A stretch of DNA of 64,000 bases from Phoronis australis (GCA_002633005.1 NMRA01000568.1:96577-160576); one strand, 5' to 3'; counted from the first letter of the stretch, positions 1-12,741 are shown. Notes: generated by a model not told the origin, from the letters alone. Translations and numbers: made by a program.

Positions 1-971
1 TTTTTCATGAAAAGTGACATAAATTTGTCCTAACGCTCCTCACAACTATTTATTAAAATAGTTTTAGACCAAATATACATGACCACACTGTCACGATATA
101 TAATTATGAGCCACTGTGATGTAATTCTTGACCAACCGTGATAATCCATAGCGAAATCGGTGGCAACCATACTCTATCAGTGATGGATCAAACTGCACCA
201 TAACTTTCTCGGCAGGTAGTGCCTCTCTGGGGCAGAATTCATTAAAAACGGCAACATTCGCAGTTGGATACGAAAAATGCAGAAAAAACTTATTCAACAA
301 CGAATGTTGAATTTGTTTTTAGCTAATCAGACGAGGTGTGAATTTGTTTCTTGAGCCGAACTTTCAATTCATTATTGCTCGACGACATCATGGCGAATAA
401 AATGACACGCCGTGACAATAAGTCAATTTGTAGAGCCAGCAAGTCAGTAGAGCATGGTCTACAGCCGCTATAAGCGCTTGAAGGAGATTATAGAGGTATA
501 AATTTTACATGATTGCACGTTTTCAAAAAAAAAACAATAAGTTTAAACTCGCAATGTCCACGTAACTTCCGAAGATGTTGGACGAGAATGGGACCAACAA
601 ATGTACAGTCGAATCAATATGGCACGTCTATTTCGAAAATCAACTCTTGCCTTATTTGCTCTCTCTAATAAGATACTCAAGATGGTGAAGGAGGCCATGG
701 CCGCGTTCCGGTCTCCAACGCGCAGTCACCTTCGTGCAAGCCCATCGGATAATACAGTCAAATTCCTGTCGGTATTCCTTTCCTCATTTAGAAAATCAAA
801 TGGGTTGACTTGCCTGAAAGTTATCGCTCAGTCCTGCCACTTTACTACGAACGAACACCATCGCAGAATACGGTAGCTGGAAAAGGACACGAAAATTTTT
901 CTCCTATCTCGAATGCCTAATGTATAAGTCGGGTAGATCTTTCCAGACGAGGTATAAATATGGGTCATATT

Positions 972-1348
972 TTAAACAGGCATGGAACGTGAAAGCTCTT
1001 AAAAATATCTTTAAAAAATTTTTGACAAAAGTTTTATCTCGCAACATCTAGTACAGAGTAGTTCACTTTTCCCTGTGAGGAAATTCACAGAAAAAATAAA
1101 AAAAATCACGACTATGGAACTACTCGCGAAGGAAAAACTCTGTGGTTACCACAGACTTTCTAATTATCCCTCCCACTTATGATAAATGCGCGCGTGCGCT
1201 CACAATCAGTTGCTTGAAGTCACTTGAGCTCAAATGTCACATTTTCCATGAAAAGGAAATGTACTACGTCTATGTCTTACCATACCAAATAAGGAAACGT
1301 GTTTTGCTTTGTGGGAGAAAAATCGATGAAATGGCAAGCAGTTGACAT
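972..1348 (+). mobile_element. Fragment of a dispersed non-autonomous DNA-transposon family (TTAA-associated terminus)
   Basis: Begins ttaaacaggcatggaacgtgaaagctc. Clearly similar stretches occur at 42248-42720 (+), 44560-44960 (+) and 28850-29080 (-), including gcgctcacaatcagttgcttgaagtcacttgag...ccaaataaggaaacgtg. Boundaries approximate. Confidence 0.6.
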
Positions 1349-1622
1349 AGGCTTGCCCCGCCTCCTCCAATTTCACTCCCCTTCTTCCCGTATTTTTCCA
1401 GTGAATGCTCCGGTTCTCGAATTATTCTCCTTTTCTTATTATACCCGAATTTTCTTAGTATGCGTATACCGTCTCGGATAAAGTTATAACAGAATCGATG
1501 TGACAAATGATTGAAAAGTCACGTGACCTGTTTCCCGCCAGATGTGCGTTTGAAATTGTGCTGAAGATTTCTCAATTAACTCTCTGTATATAAATCTTAC
1601 GTTATCTTATACTTCACCCACG

Positions 1623-2416
1623 ATGAGTGCTGACGAACCAAGAAAGAAGTATGCAAGCAAAGATAGCGCATCCTTAAACAACAGAGCAAAAAAACTTACT
1701 CAAACAACCCTTGACTTCCGTCAGCTTGACCCGCCCCTGTGTGATTCGGACTCAAATGAGGACATTGCAAAGCTCGAAACAGTGCTGACTTCGCCCCAAG
1801 TTATTAAAACACTCCGTGAGCAACTATTCCAGCCTTCCCTGGATGATATAAAAGCCCACTACGAGTCCATCCTTAACCAGAAAGACAAAGAAATGCAGCG
1901 GCTGAATGAGCAGGTCAACAATTTGTCAGCAAATCTAGACAACCTAAAGTAATACTCGCGTCGCAATAATATAGTTATATATGGAGTCGATGAGCCTGTA
2001 AATGAAAAACCTGGAGCCACTGACAACATTGTGATCGACTTGGGACGCAAACTGGGTCTTGGAATTAACCCCCAACAAATCAGCAGATCCCACAGACTCG
2101 GGCCCAAACTACGTAAACATGGAGCTAGAGATTCGCGAAAAGATCGCCCTATCATCTGTAAGTTTGTGTCATATAATACCAGAGCTCTTTCCTTCACAAT
2201 AGAAGTCTACTCCGCAAACTGAAATTACCATCGCCGATCTACATCAATGAAAATCTCACGAAACAACGGTCCCTTCTCTACGCCCGCTGTCGCCGCCTTG
2301 TACAATCTAAAACGTGGACGCATGACGGTAACGTAACAATACAGCTGCATGATAACAGGATAAAGCAGGTTTCCTCAGAAAGTGACCTTCTAGTGTTAGA
2401 AAACTGTGAAGTTTAA
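1623..2416 (+). pseudogene. Degraded LINE ORF1 (coiled coil + L1-type RRM/CTD, CR1/L2-like)
   Basis: A coiled coil is followed by a premature TAA (1950-1952), then in frame YSRRNNIVIYGVDE...ISRSHRLG...RPIICKFVSY. After a frameshift it reads IYINENLTKQRSLLYARCR...TWTHDG. This is the typical motif order of LINE ORF1 proteins. Confidence 0.8.
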
Positions 2417-2484
2417 ATTGTATTCTGCTCTCTCGTCCTATTGTAGTTCATATCCAATTACTCACTGGCGACATTCCTCACTTT

Positions 2485-4266
2485 TGTTGTATTACTGCAG
2501 GTTCACTAGCTAGGCCTCTAGAAGTACTCACCAGTTAAAACACAGCTATTCAGGCTTCAGTAAAACCCAATCCAGTTGCCCATCCCTGACATTCTGATTG
2601 CTTGCTGAAAGACTACCAGCAGGGTTCCCGCCAGCAGTTTAAATAAAACAAGCATCCGGGGAACCATAAAACTGACAAATCACAAGACACCACAGGAAGG
2701 TAAAGGACGAATGATGTTGACGATTACAACATTCCCCTCCTCCCTAAAAAAGTGTGGGACCCACCTGGGAATCAACATCATTTGCCAGATACAAAAAATT
2801 CCCAAAAATTTAACCATATCCCCCCTTACCAAAAATAAAGCCACTGCTAAATAGACCTAGAGTGTTAGAATGACAAGGACAGTTCCCCTAGAAGCAGAGA
2901 ATAACGCACACAGGTTAAATATAGAAGTGCCAAAAATAATAAAAAGAGTTCAGAATGCCAGCACATCCCAAACACATGAAGTAACTCATAAAAAGAAAAC
3001 CTATCAGGATTCCAACCCACCCCCCAGGGCGGGAGAGCAGTCACCTAACGGAAAAAGTTCTCGCTAGGGAGACTCCCCGGACTTGTAGTTGCAAAAGGTA
3101 TAGAACACGTGCATTTCTAGTGGAGTTCTCAAAATAAACCCGGCACTAACCATGATACACGCATGCCACCCTTAATTGCTACTAGAATATTATATTTTCA
3201 CGTGCTTCGGGTGGAGGCCGGGCAGACATATTCCAACCCGAAGGGAACGCCTTGGACCCAGACCTAAAATGGATGGGTTCACATAGAAATGTGACTGACC
3301 CTCCACTAAACATAGGCCTCGTGGCAACTGGGACGGACATGGAAGTACAGCACCCAGGTTAACCACGCACTAGGGATACGATAATAAATAGGGGAATTAG
3401 TTGTAGGGAGAAAGTATTAGGTCAATGAAATGGTGTTCAATTCAATGACACAACCAAAACATTGCCTCAGACTAAACTCACCAACTACACGGACGTAATA
3501 AATAAATAAATACCAGGGATGTGATAATAAATACGGTAAGGGACTTAGGTGTAGGGAGAAAGTATTAGGTCAATGAAATGGTGTTCAATTCAATGACATA
3601 ACCAAAACACTGCCTAAGCCTAAATTCACCAACTATACGGACGTAATAAATAAATAAATACCAGGGATATGATAATAAATAAGGGACTTAGTTGTAGGGA
3701 GAAAGTATTAGGTCAATGAAATGGTGTTCAATTCAATGACATAACCAAAACAATGCCTCAGACTAAACTCACCAACTACAAGGACGTAATAAATAAATAA
3801 ATACCCCAAAACCCAAAGGATAAAATCCCAGTTAAACCACCAACCCCAACAGACCAAGAGACCACTTGGCCACCGTACCAGCAACCCGCTAGCACGATAC
3901 CACTCCCCTATCCAACCTTCCCCCCCAGACCTACGGAAAATGCCGTGGTCAGGCAAAGGTTTTCAAGAAAAGTGGTTGAATACTCCTAGAAAAACCTAAC
4001 CAGTGCCGACTACGCCAAATGTTGTATTACTGCAGGTTCACTAGCTAGGCCTCTAGAAGTACTCACCAGTTAAAACACAGCTATTCAAGCTTCAGAAAAA
4101 CCCAATCCAGGTGCCCATCCCTGACATCCTGATTGCTTGCTGAAAGACTGCCAGCAGGGTTCCCGCCAGCAGTTTCAATAAAACAAGCATCCGGGGAACC
4201 ATAAAACTGACAAATCACAAGACACCACAGAAAGATAAAGGACGAATTATGTTGACGATTACAACA
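2485..4266 (-). mobile_element. Non-autonomous LTR retrotransposon (TRIM/LARD-like, Gypsy-type signals)
   Basis: Two 247-bp direct repeats (2485-2731, 4020-4266; 9 differences counted) with TGTTGTA...TACAACA ends and a 4-bp TSD cttt (2481-2484, 4267-4270). On the minus strand the PBS TGGCGTAGTCGGCA is complementary to the tRNA-Ser 3' end, and the PPT AGGGAGGAGGGGAA abuts the 3' LTR. No gag/pol recognised internally. Confidence 0.92.
3372..3805. repeat. Three tandem ~145-bp units inside the LTR element
   Basis: The unit agggat..gataataaata...gtagggagaaagtattaggtcaatgaaatggtgttcaattcaatgac...caccaacta..ggacgtaataaataaataaatacc starts at about 3372, 3515 and 3663. Confidence 0.9.
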
Positions 4267-6679
4267 CTTTGTTTGCGTTCACTCACCCAACCCCCCATGT
4301 CTTGAAAGGGTCAGGTAATTGTCCTGTCCACTGATACTTATTCAGTTTTCTCCCTTATGTAATACCAGATCATGCTCAAGTTACCTCTTTATCAGTGGTG
4401 ATGCACTCTATACAGGTCCGTAGCGATCACAACACCTTATACTGACCACAGGCAATGGTAATGCATCGAATTCTTAATCTGCATCTAAATCATTCACGTT
4501 TGGAGCATGGGTTTTGGTGCTTATTGCCTCTTACTGTTTCCCAGTTGCACCCTTACCAAAAATTTGATATAGTATCTTTGCAACTGCCTACAGTATGTAT
4601 TAATGTGGTATTTTTGGTTGTCGTTAAAACATGTTTCCCACATTTTTATTGAATGTGTGACGGAATTGTACATTGCATGATATTCACATAAGACAATGAT
4701 TCTTATATATGAGCTCAGGCCTTAGTGGCTGACACTTATATAATTATTATTTTTTCTGACTGTTGTGTTTCTCAGAACGTTGATTTTGTGGGCAACTCCA
4801 TACCAAATTGTCTGTCAGGATAAATTTACACGTCACTGATTTTGTGTGGCATTTCTGTTCGGTCATGTTATTGACACCTCTCACTCACTATAATATTGAT
4901 TTTAATTTCTAGGCACTTGCTCTGTTCTCTGTCAGTCAGGTGCAGAATCTACAACTACATGTGATTTTTGTTGTGGGTTTCAGAATGATTCCCCATATCA
5001 TTAATTAGTTATTACTGTTTTAGCTTGCCCGTGAAAAAACCACGCTGAGCACTGTCACCATAATTTAGTTTATAACTTAGTAATGAGTTTCAAGTTGAAA
5101 TAATCCCTGTGAAAACTGGTTTTCAATCTGTGAGAAAGTTTACTTCAATTCAGAAGACACCACCGAACACATGAGCTGATCAGTCATTACTGGGTGGCCT
5201 ATAGTTGTAAGAACTCATAGCCTTTTATCAATTCTAAAACGTGTTACAGCTAAGTTATCCAGTAGTGAGAGATCTTCAATACATCTTTTTGTTTTGTTTT
5301 CTTTAGCGAATTTTAATGTTCGAACTCTTATTTTTCACCTTCATTTGTCCGTTAATGTTTGGTCATATTTCCTCTGTACATATATTTAGGTCAATCATTA
5401 TCTATGTGTTTTGTATTCACTTGCAACAGAACTAACTGGTTTCCCAAGATTGAATTTATATGTTGTGCTTTTCAACTAAGTTGCTATTTATGTACCTGCA
5501 AGCGAGCCTATGATATAATTTTGCTTTTTAAAAATGACTCCCCTAATTGTCCAGACTACCTTATTCATTTAACAACCCTTGAATTTTCAACAAGCATTGG
5601 TGTATTAATTGTTAAATACGGCTATCCTTTGAGTGCCTCGAGTAGTGTGAGTTTCTCTGGTCTTACAATGTTTTACCCCTCATGGTCACAGTTCAATTCT
5701 TCTCACCGGCATCGAATTAGATATCACGCTATGCGGGTTCAGCTTACTGATGTGTCTTACTATTGTTTACATAACACCTGTATGGATTACGGAATNCCCT
5801 GCCCCCCCCCCCCAACTCAAAATCCTGGATCTGCCCCTGGTGTAATGGCACATGTGGTTGTGTTTCTTTGGCTTTCCATTGGCATCTTTTGAACTTGTAG
5901 GCACCACAGCGACTCACTCTGAACCTTCTGGCAAGGTAGTACAACCTGGTCAACTTCAGCATTCTGCCAGGGTATTACCAGCTGGACCACAACCTTCTAA
6001 TAGTGTTGCACCACCCGCAGAGCAGAATGCTGGACAAATCCCAGGTAATGGTAATTTCTCATCTGCTACGCCATTTGCCCCGGGGTCTGAGCTCAATTGA
6101 CCCTCCGTATGTAGAGGTAACCTTGCTGTGGATGGCTAGTAGCAATGAAAGTCATGCAATTTAAGCTGTTTGTGGAAGATGTGTCTGTGCAAGACATGTT
6201 TAATGCATACTTAAATTATCAACAATGATGTTTAGGTGGTTTCAATCCATCTATGTTTGCCAAAGTTACGATTTGACTGTGTACCTTTGTTTAAAGCCCG
6301 TGTGATTTTCCTTGGAAAGGAGGCTCTAAGTCTGGTTTTGCAGCTACGTAAACAAACGTGCACTGAGAATTTTTGCCAACTATCGCATTAGTACCACTTG
6401 GACATTTTAATGTTTAAACTTTTGACATGGTGCAACTGACATGGTGCAAGATGATTGGTGTCAAATGACGTTCACACAGCCACATACATTATGCAATTCT
6501 GAAACATTGGCAAGGCAAACTTAGAAAGGAAGGTGGAGTGCATATCCGCAAAGTTGCAAAGGGCCACCCTAAAGTACAAACAATCTTAGCAAATTTATTC
6601 TGGTGGAATGAATGTTCGAAACTGACACTGTTGCATAGTATTAAAATCATCATTATTACCTATCGGTGGCTTGGTTAAG

Positions 6680-6830
6680 TTTGAGAGCCTAACTTTCAGG
6701 CCCATCTTGGGCTCTTCATCGGGGCACTGGCAGGGATCTCTATGTCACGTGGTCTCTTGTGGGCGGTGCCTGGCTGTCAATTTAGAGGAGGCGCTGGTAA
6801 ATGAAAGGTAATTCGTAAATCTGAGAATCA
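6680..6830 (-). mobile_element. Possible 3' end relic of a Penelope-like element with a degenerate hammerhead-like motif
   Basis: The minus strand reads YELPFIYQRLL* (6817-6782), then cacgtgac, then cccCGATGAagagcccaagatgggcctGAAAgttagg. This resembles the end of a PLE ORF followed by its pseudo-LTR. Confidence 0.45.
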
Positions 6831-7182
6831 GTCGAAATCATGAGTAATAAACCAGAGTGGTTGCCACTTACCAGTGCCTCCCTTCAAACGTGCATGGGTG
6901 TGAAATTGCAAATCGTCCCCTGAACACAGACTTTTTGCTCAGGAATTTCAAGCATCATGAGTAAGTCATCTGGCTATCACAGCGAAATTGCGTTATGTCC
7001 AGGAGAATTTTCATTGCCTGTGCCCTCACAGTGGTTTTCTTATGGACTTATTGTCAAGTTTTGTCTGTCTTACTGATTTAGCTATTGATATAGTAATTTG
7101 TTTTTGATTTCTTGATTCTTTGACTTAAAGATGTATTTGGATGCTTCTAACTATGCTAATGTATAGCAGGAACTAAACGACA

Positions 7183-8160
7183 ATGCTATTTGAACGTCAT
7201 CAATGCTCACCTTCTCAATCTCCAACTGAAAGAAAACTCTACTTCAAAGCCCTAGCGGATCAGTTAGCGGAACTTAACCGCAATAGCGTTAGTATAATCA
7301 TAAATGGTGATTTCAATGCCCGAAACTCTACATGGTACAATGATGGTCATGACAATACGGCCGGACTACAATTGTTTGATATTTTATTGTCTAATGACTG
7401 CATACAACTAATTAATGAGCCAACCCGTATCACCGACGTTTCTCATTCATGTATTGACCTGTGTATAACAAACAATTTGAGTGTCATTGACTCATGTTCT
7501 GTACTACCTCCTGTTGGCAATTCTGATCACCACACTATCGAAACCACTCTAACACTTAAAAAACCGGTTAAAGAGCAACACACCACTCGAACCAACTGGA
7601 AATATGATCAGGTCGACACCGATAAACTGCGTCAGGATATCACCAACACTGACTGGGATTCCATATTGAACACTGGCGACATTGTTGACACTGTTTCACT
7701 CTTCACTAGTACTCTCTATGAAATCTTAAAAAACAACATCCCATCAACTGAAAAGATAATTAAACACAACAGCAAACCGTGGTTCAACAGTAATGTTAAA
7801 CGGGCAATCCGCACAAGAAACAGACTTTACAAGCTCTTTCAGAAGATCTAACAACACTATAATCTACAACAGATACAAGGAGCAGTCACGTCTGGTTGAA
7901 ACTTTAGTAAATCAAGCCAAAGCTGATCACCGACACAAGCTTTTTCAACAAATTAACAGCGCAAGCAAGAATTCCAAAGAATACTGGAACATCATCAATA
8001 AAATACGCGGCAGTCAACAGCAATCCTCCTATCCTGTCATCAACTATAATGGTAACCTAGCCTCACGTAGTAGTGACAAGTAGGATTTGTTTCTCAAATT
8101 TTTCACGAACAAAAGCCACATTACACCAACTGAAGTAAGTAACTTTCCCTTTCTTCGTGA
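7183..8160 (+). pseudogene. LINE ORF2 fragment: APE endonuclease C-terminal half and linker (CR1/L2 group), frameshifted
   Basis: GDFNAR, QLINEPTR, CIDLCITN, GNSDHHTI and KPWFNSNVKRAIRTRNRLYK motifs. Frameshift near 7845, stop at about 8081, ends at the N at 8161. Confidence 0.88.
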
Positions 8161-8176
8161 NGCTTACATAGCCGCT

Positions 8177-8297
8177 AGTGGGCGGGGCATACAGGTGGGT
8201 GGAGCAAATCAATATTAGTGGGCGGGGCATACAGGTGGGTGGAGCAAATCAATATTAGTGGGCGGGGCATACAGGTGGGTGGAGCAAATCAATATTA
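8177..8297. repeat. 40-bp minisatellite x3
   Basis: tagtgggcggggcatacaggtgggtggagcaaatcaatat repeated three times next to an assembly N. Confidence 0.9.
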
Positions 8298-8904
8298 CGC
8301 TCCTCTGTATTGAGTGTTAGATAATGTATTAGTCATGTTTTGGGCAATAAGACAACAAGATTTGCCTGTTGTTGTCTCATTCTCAGTCAACCATTTGCCA
8401 GTCAAGATGTAATAATGTGTGGTTAGATATTTACAAGTTTGTTTTGCAAAGTTAAACTCCTAACATATAATTCTGTGTTTTGTGCTAAATGAGCCAGTGC
8501 TTTGTCTACCCCATTTTGCTATTAAGGACTTCAAGTTTCGTGGTAAATGCTCCAATCGTAAGGTTAAATCTGTGGGGCTAGCATTTTTGACTTGCCTAAA
8601 CACAACAATTTATGCTGGCTTTATATGTCTGAAGCTATAACTAACAGCTTTAGTGTAACCCTAAATCAGAGTCATGCTGCCAAGTAATTGTCTGGAGTGT
8701 CTAGTCCAAAATTTGATGAATGAAACATTTAGCTTGATGCCAGTGAATGATGAAATGAAGTAGAACCATTCTGTTCTTTAGCATATTTACATATTATTGC
8801 TTAAAGTTTTATATGACCCTAAAATTCAGTTATGACTAAGTTCGGAACAACATATCTCAGAAATGGCTGGTTGGATCTCTGTGAAACTTTCAAATACTAT
8901 GCTT

Positions 8905-10630
8905 TATGTACCGTTCACGACCTTCTACTTCACAAACTTTGATCCTATGGCATTACTGGTAATCTTTTAGACATGATCACCTCATATCTCTCCGAAAGGA
9001 CATACAGTGTTCGTGTCGATGGCGTACTTTCAATTTTATCCCATCCTGGATTTGTAAACGCAGGTGTACCGCAGGGTAGCGTATTGGGCCCTCTTCTCTT
9101 CTTGGTTTATATTAATGACCTTCCTGATAACCTATCATGTAACACATACCTTTATGCAGATGACACGGCGCTTTTTAACCCCTTCGCAGGGAGCAGCCCT
9201 GAATGTTCTTTGCAGCTTCAACACGACTTAAATAAACTAAGCTATTGGTCACAAGAATGGAGAATGAATTTTAAACCAGAAAAAAGCGTTGACCTTACCT
9301 TCTCCAAATCTATTAATGCTCTCTTCCTTGTTGACCCGTCTTATGACCTTAAACTTAATGATGAAATCATTCCTAGAAAACGGTCGCACAGACATCTGGG
9401 TATACTGTTAGATGAAAAACTCTCATTCACCCCTCACGTTCGGGAGCTCGTACAAAAAACTCAGGAACTAATTAACCCACTTAAGCTTGTCTCTCGTCAT
9501 CTGAATTCTACACATTTAGAAGTTGTGTTCAAGTCCTTTGTACTTCCACACATTGATTATTGTGATATTATATATCAGTCTGCCAATACGGGTGCACTCC
9601 AACATTTGGAGAAGTTACAATATCAAGCCGCCTTACTCATAACTGGAGCTTACAGGGGATCCAATAGTGTTGAGGTTTTGAATAATCTCAAGTGGCCCAA
9701 ACTGTCTACTCGACGCAATCTTCACATGACCACATTTACGTTCAAGGTACAGTCTGCCAATACGGGTGCACTCCAACATTTGGAGAAGTTACAATATCAA
9801 GCCGCCTTACTCATAACCGGAGCTTTCAGGGGATCCAATAGTGTTAAGGTTTTGAATAGTCTCAAGTGGCCCAAACTGTCTACTCGACGCAATCTTCACA
9901 TGACCACATTTACTTTCAAGGTAATAAACAATGTCAACAACGTGTCTGTCAAAAAAATATTTGATCTACATACTAGACAAGGCCATCGTAGTGATTTAAG
10001 ATCCTCCACCCCATATGCAATTCCTCCGTCGTTCAGTCAGGCATTCAGAAGGTCTACAGTCATGATGTGCATCAACAACTGAAATTCTCTCCCAGTCTCT
10101 GTTAAGGAAAGCAACTCTTTTACGAGTATAAAAAATAATTTTAGAACTGTTTTTCATAATTTTGATAACTCAACACCCTTGACTCAATTCTCCCTTCCCC
10201 GCGATAACGAAATAGCATTGTACAGATCAAGATGTGTCCTTTTCCTCAACTCTGACAAGTTCAGGCACAACTTTAGTAATGTCTCTCCAAACTGTAAATG
10301 TGGTGACCATCAATCTTATCCTCATATTTTCTTCAAATGTCCCCTCATCGAATCCCTGAGAGACTCACTCTTTCGTGCACTCAATGGTAACCAATCAATT
10401 GTGAACGCTCTCAATTCTTGTAATAATATCCCTACTAGAGTTACATTATTACTGAATGGTAGTCCTAACCTTGACTTTGACTCTTTCGTGCACTCAATGG
10501 AAACCAATCAATTGTTAACGCTCTCAATTCTTGTAATAATATCCCTACTAGAGTTATATTATTATTGAATGGTATTCCTAACCTTGACTTCATTACTGTT
10601 AGTCTATTCAAACACTATACTTCTTTTCTC
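8905..10630 (+). pseudogene. LINE ORF2 reverse transcriptase and C-terminal zinc knuckle (CR1/L2 group), with stop codon and internal duplications
   Basis: GVPQGSVLGPLLFLVYINDL, LYADDT, HLGILLDEKLSF and C-terminal CKCG...HIFFKCP. The TGA at 10080-10082 falls where a Trp is expected. Confidence 0.92.
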
Positions 10631-10643
10631 TTGTTAGATAAGC

Positions 10644-11500
10644 TTGTTAACTATGAACTGTATAAACTTATCAGTATTTAACTACAGACAAAATAATTAT
10701 AATTGTTCGGGTGTCTGGAAAACAAAAATATCCCACTGCTTTTCGTCTATTACGCTCGACCTCACTCTTCTACTGCGAAAACGACCCCGAACTGAGCACT
10801 TACGTAATGTTTACTGCACAATGAAGAACTCATGTTGTGATATCCGAGTTATCATTGAGCAAAGTCTTTTGACTGCTGGTGACATAGAGGTCAATCCAGG
10901 ACCAGGCACTCAGGGTTTAGCCAGCTTCAAGGTCTTATTCACTAATATCAACAGTATCAAGGCGAACAATCTTTCAAGATTTGATCTTCTCAAGGAAGTT
11001 ATTACAGACAACAATTACATGGTCATTGCTATATGTGAATCTGGAACACCGTCCGAAGACAACCTCAGTGCACTTATTATTCCAGAATACAACATTGCCT
11101 ACCACACTAACGCCGGGAAGGGGTTGATCTTGTTTGTCCACAACTCCATAAATTACAGAACAATTGATGATAAAATTATTCATTCAATGAGTAACTGTTG
11201 GATTGAACGTACTTAACGTCAACCACAAAAAGGTATATTACGGGTTTTTTTTCACCCTCACAGACGTCCCATGAAAGGAAAGCATATTTCAAAACCTTTT
11301 CAGAACAATTGCAAGAACTCTCTCAAACTAATAAAACAATTGTTATCAACGCAAGAAATAGTACTTGGTACTCAGAAGACAATGACAACCAAGCCGGTCT
11401 CGAATTATTCGATATTCTCCTCACAAATGACTACAACTAATAAACGAGCCGACACGTTTAACAGAGTATTCACATTCTTGCCTTGATTTATGTATAACAA
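10644..11500 (+). pseudogene. Second LINE ORF2 5' part: 2A-like peptide followed by APE endonuclease N-terminus, decayed
   Basis: LLTAGDIEVNPGP (DIEVNPGP at 10881-10904), then FTNINSI...VIAICES...GKGLILFVH. The downstream frame-shifted text (ERKAYFKTFSEQLQEL) parallels the 7183 copy (ERKLYFKALADQLAEL). Confidence 0.82.
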
Positions 11501-11979
11501 ACAATCTNATTATAATCATTATTAAAATCAACAAAACCATATCCTTCATCATTATAACCACCATTCTCACCATGATTTTTATGACAAAATGCAAAGTTCA
11601 TTCTTATGTTATTAGAACAGTTTGAAGCAGTCCTTCTTTTACGTAAAACTAGTTGAAGACCTGGCGTAATGTACGTTTTCAAACTACCAGAAATTCGTCC
11701 TCTCGTTCACACTGGTATATTCAAAAATCTTCCAAGTTTACGATTCACTGTTATTCTTTGGAGTATTGAAGAATACACGTCGAGTGCATGAAAGTAGGCC
11801 TAGTGTTCAAACTCAGCAGTACTGAGTGTTCAAACTCAGCAGTACTGAGTGTTCAATCGACCTTATTTATTTATATACCCATCGCTACTATCTTCATCAC
11901 TGTACTATTGTATTTATTTACTTTCATTCAGCACAGCAAATTTCAAACAGAAATAGAATTGGGTGCGAAAGCACATCTC

Positions 11980-12114
11980 TCAGAGACGGGGACGCGTCCG
12001 CTGCCACGTCCATTGCTGTCTTTCCAAAGAATTACAGGGCGCCATCTGTAGTCGTGTTGAGCCTGCCGTTAACTCAATGCACTTGCCAGTCGTCACGTGA
12101 TGAATTGTATTGTC
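11980..12114 (-). CDS. GALNT: GALNT exon 11 (ricin lectin gamma repeat, stop)
   Basis: cag acceptor; DNTIHHVTTGKCIELTAGSTRLQMAPCNSLERQQWTWQRTRPRL*; phase 0. Confidence 0.9.
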   Translation of the reverse strand, partial: DNTIHHVTTGKCIELTAGSTRLQMAPCNSLERQQWTWQRTRPRL

Positions 12115-12612
12115 CTGTTCAAATAAGCAAATGCGTTTTTTTCTTGTCATGTTTTATGAACAGGACAAATTGAACACGTTTAAAAATAGTACATATAATA
12201 TGACAGCGGCTGATTTAGTTAGTTTAAATTTATTCCATCTGCAAAGGCCTTTGGCCCATAAGTCATTGTACGGTGACACTATTTCACATTATAGGTGTCT
12301 CCACAAACAGTTTCAAACTCATCATTTCATTTCTTATACCGTATGCTTTATTTCGTAAACTTCAGTTGCCAGGTTTTTCAGACGATGTTCCGTATAAAAG
12401 AACATTTCTAAATCATCACTAATAATAGATCTCTGTTTCAAGTAGGCCTAACTAAATTTCTTATCCACTAGAACTGGACATGGAAATAAAGAATGAATCT
12501 CTGTTTCCACTTCTCCTTGGTTACAAATAGAACACAATCTGTAATCATGCACCATACCCTTCTGCCCAGTTGATAGAAAATACGTTTAAGAACAACATGT
12601 TGGTCGCCTTAC

Positions 12613-12741
12613 GTGTTTGTAGATCCACTTCTGATCATTGTTGTGTCCATGACACCATTGCATTTGTATATTCCCGCGACCGTTGTACTGTAAGCAATAC
12701 GAATTTCGCCGTATCTTGCCATCTCGACTCAGAAGCCAATA
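12613..12741 (-). CDS. GALNT: GALNT exon 10 (ricin lectin beta repeat)
   Basis: ttgtttcag / gtaagg; YWLLSRDGKIRRNSYCLQYNGRGNIQMQWCHGHNNDQKWIYKH; 129 bp. Confidence 0.92.

Noticed and set aside
4300-5790. Possible heavily decayed Gypsy pol relic (VITGWP-like text near 5185-5200)
   Set aside because: Only one short motif was recognisable by eye; needs a translated HMM search before it can be called.
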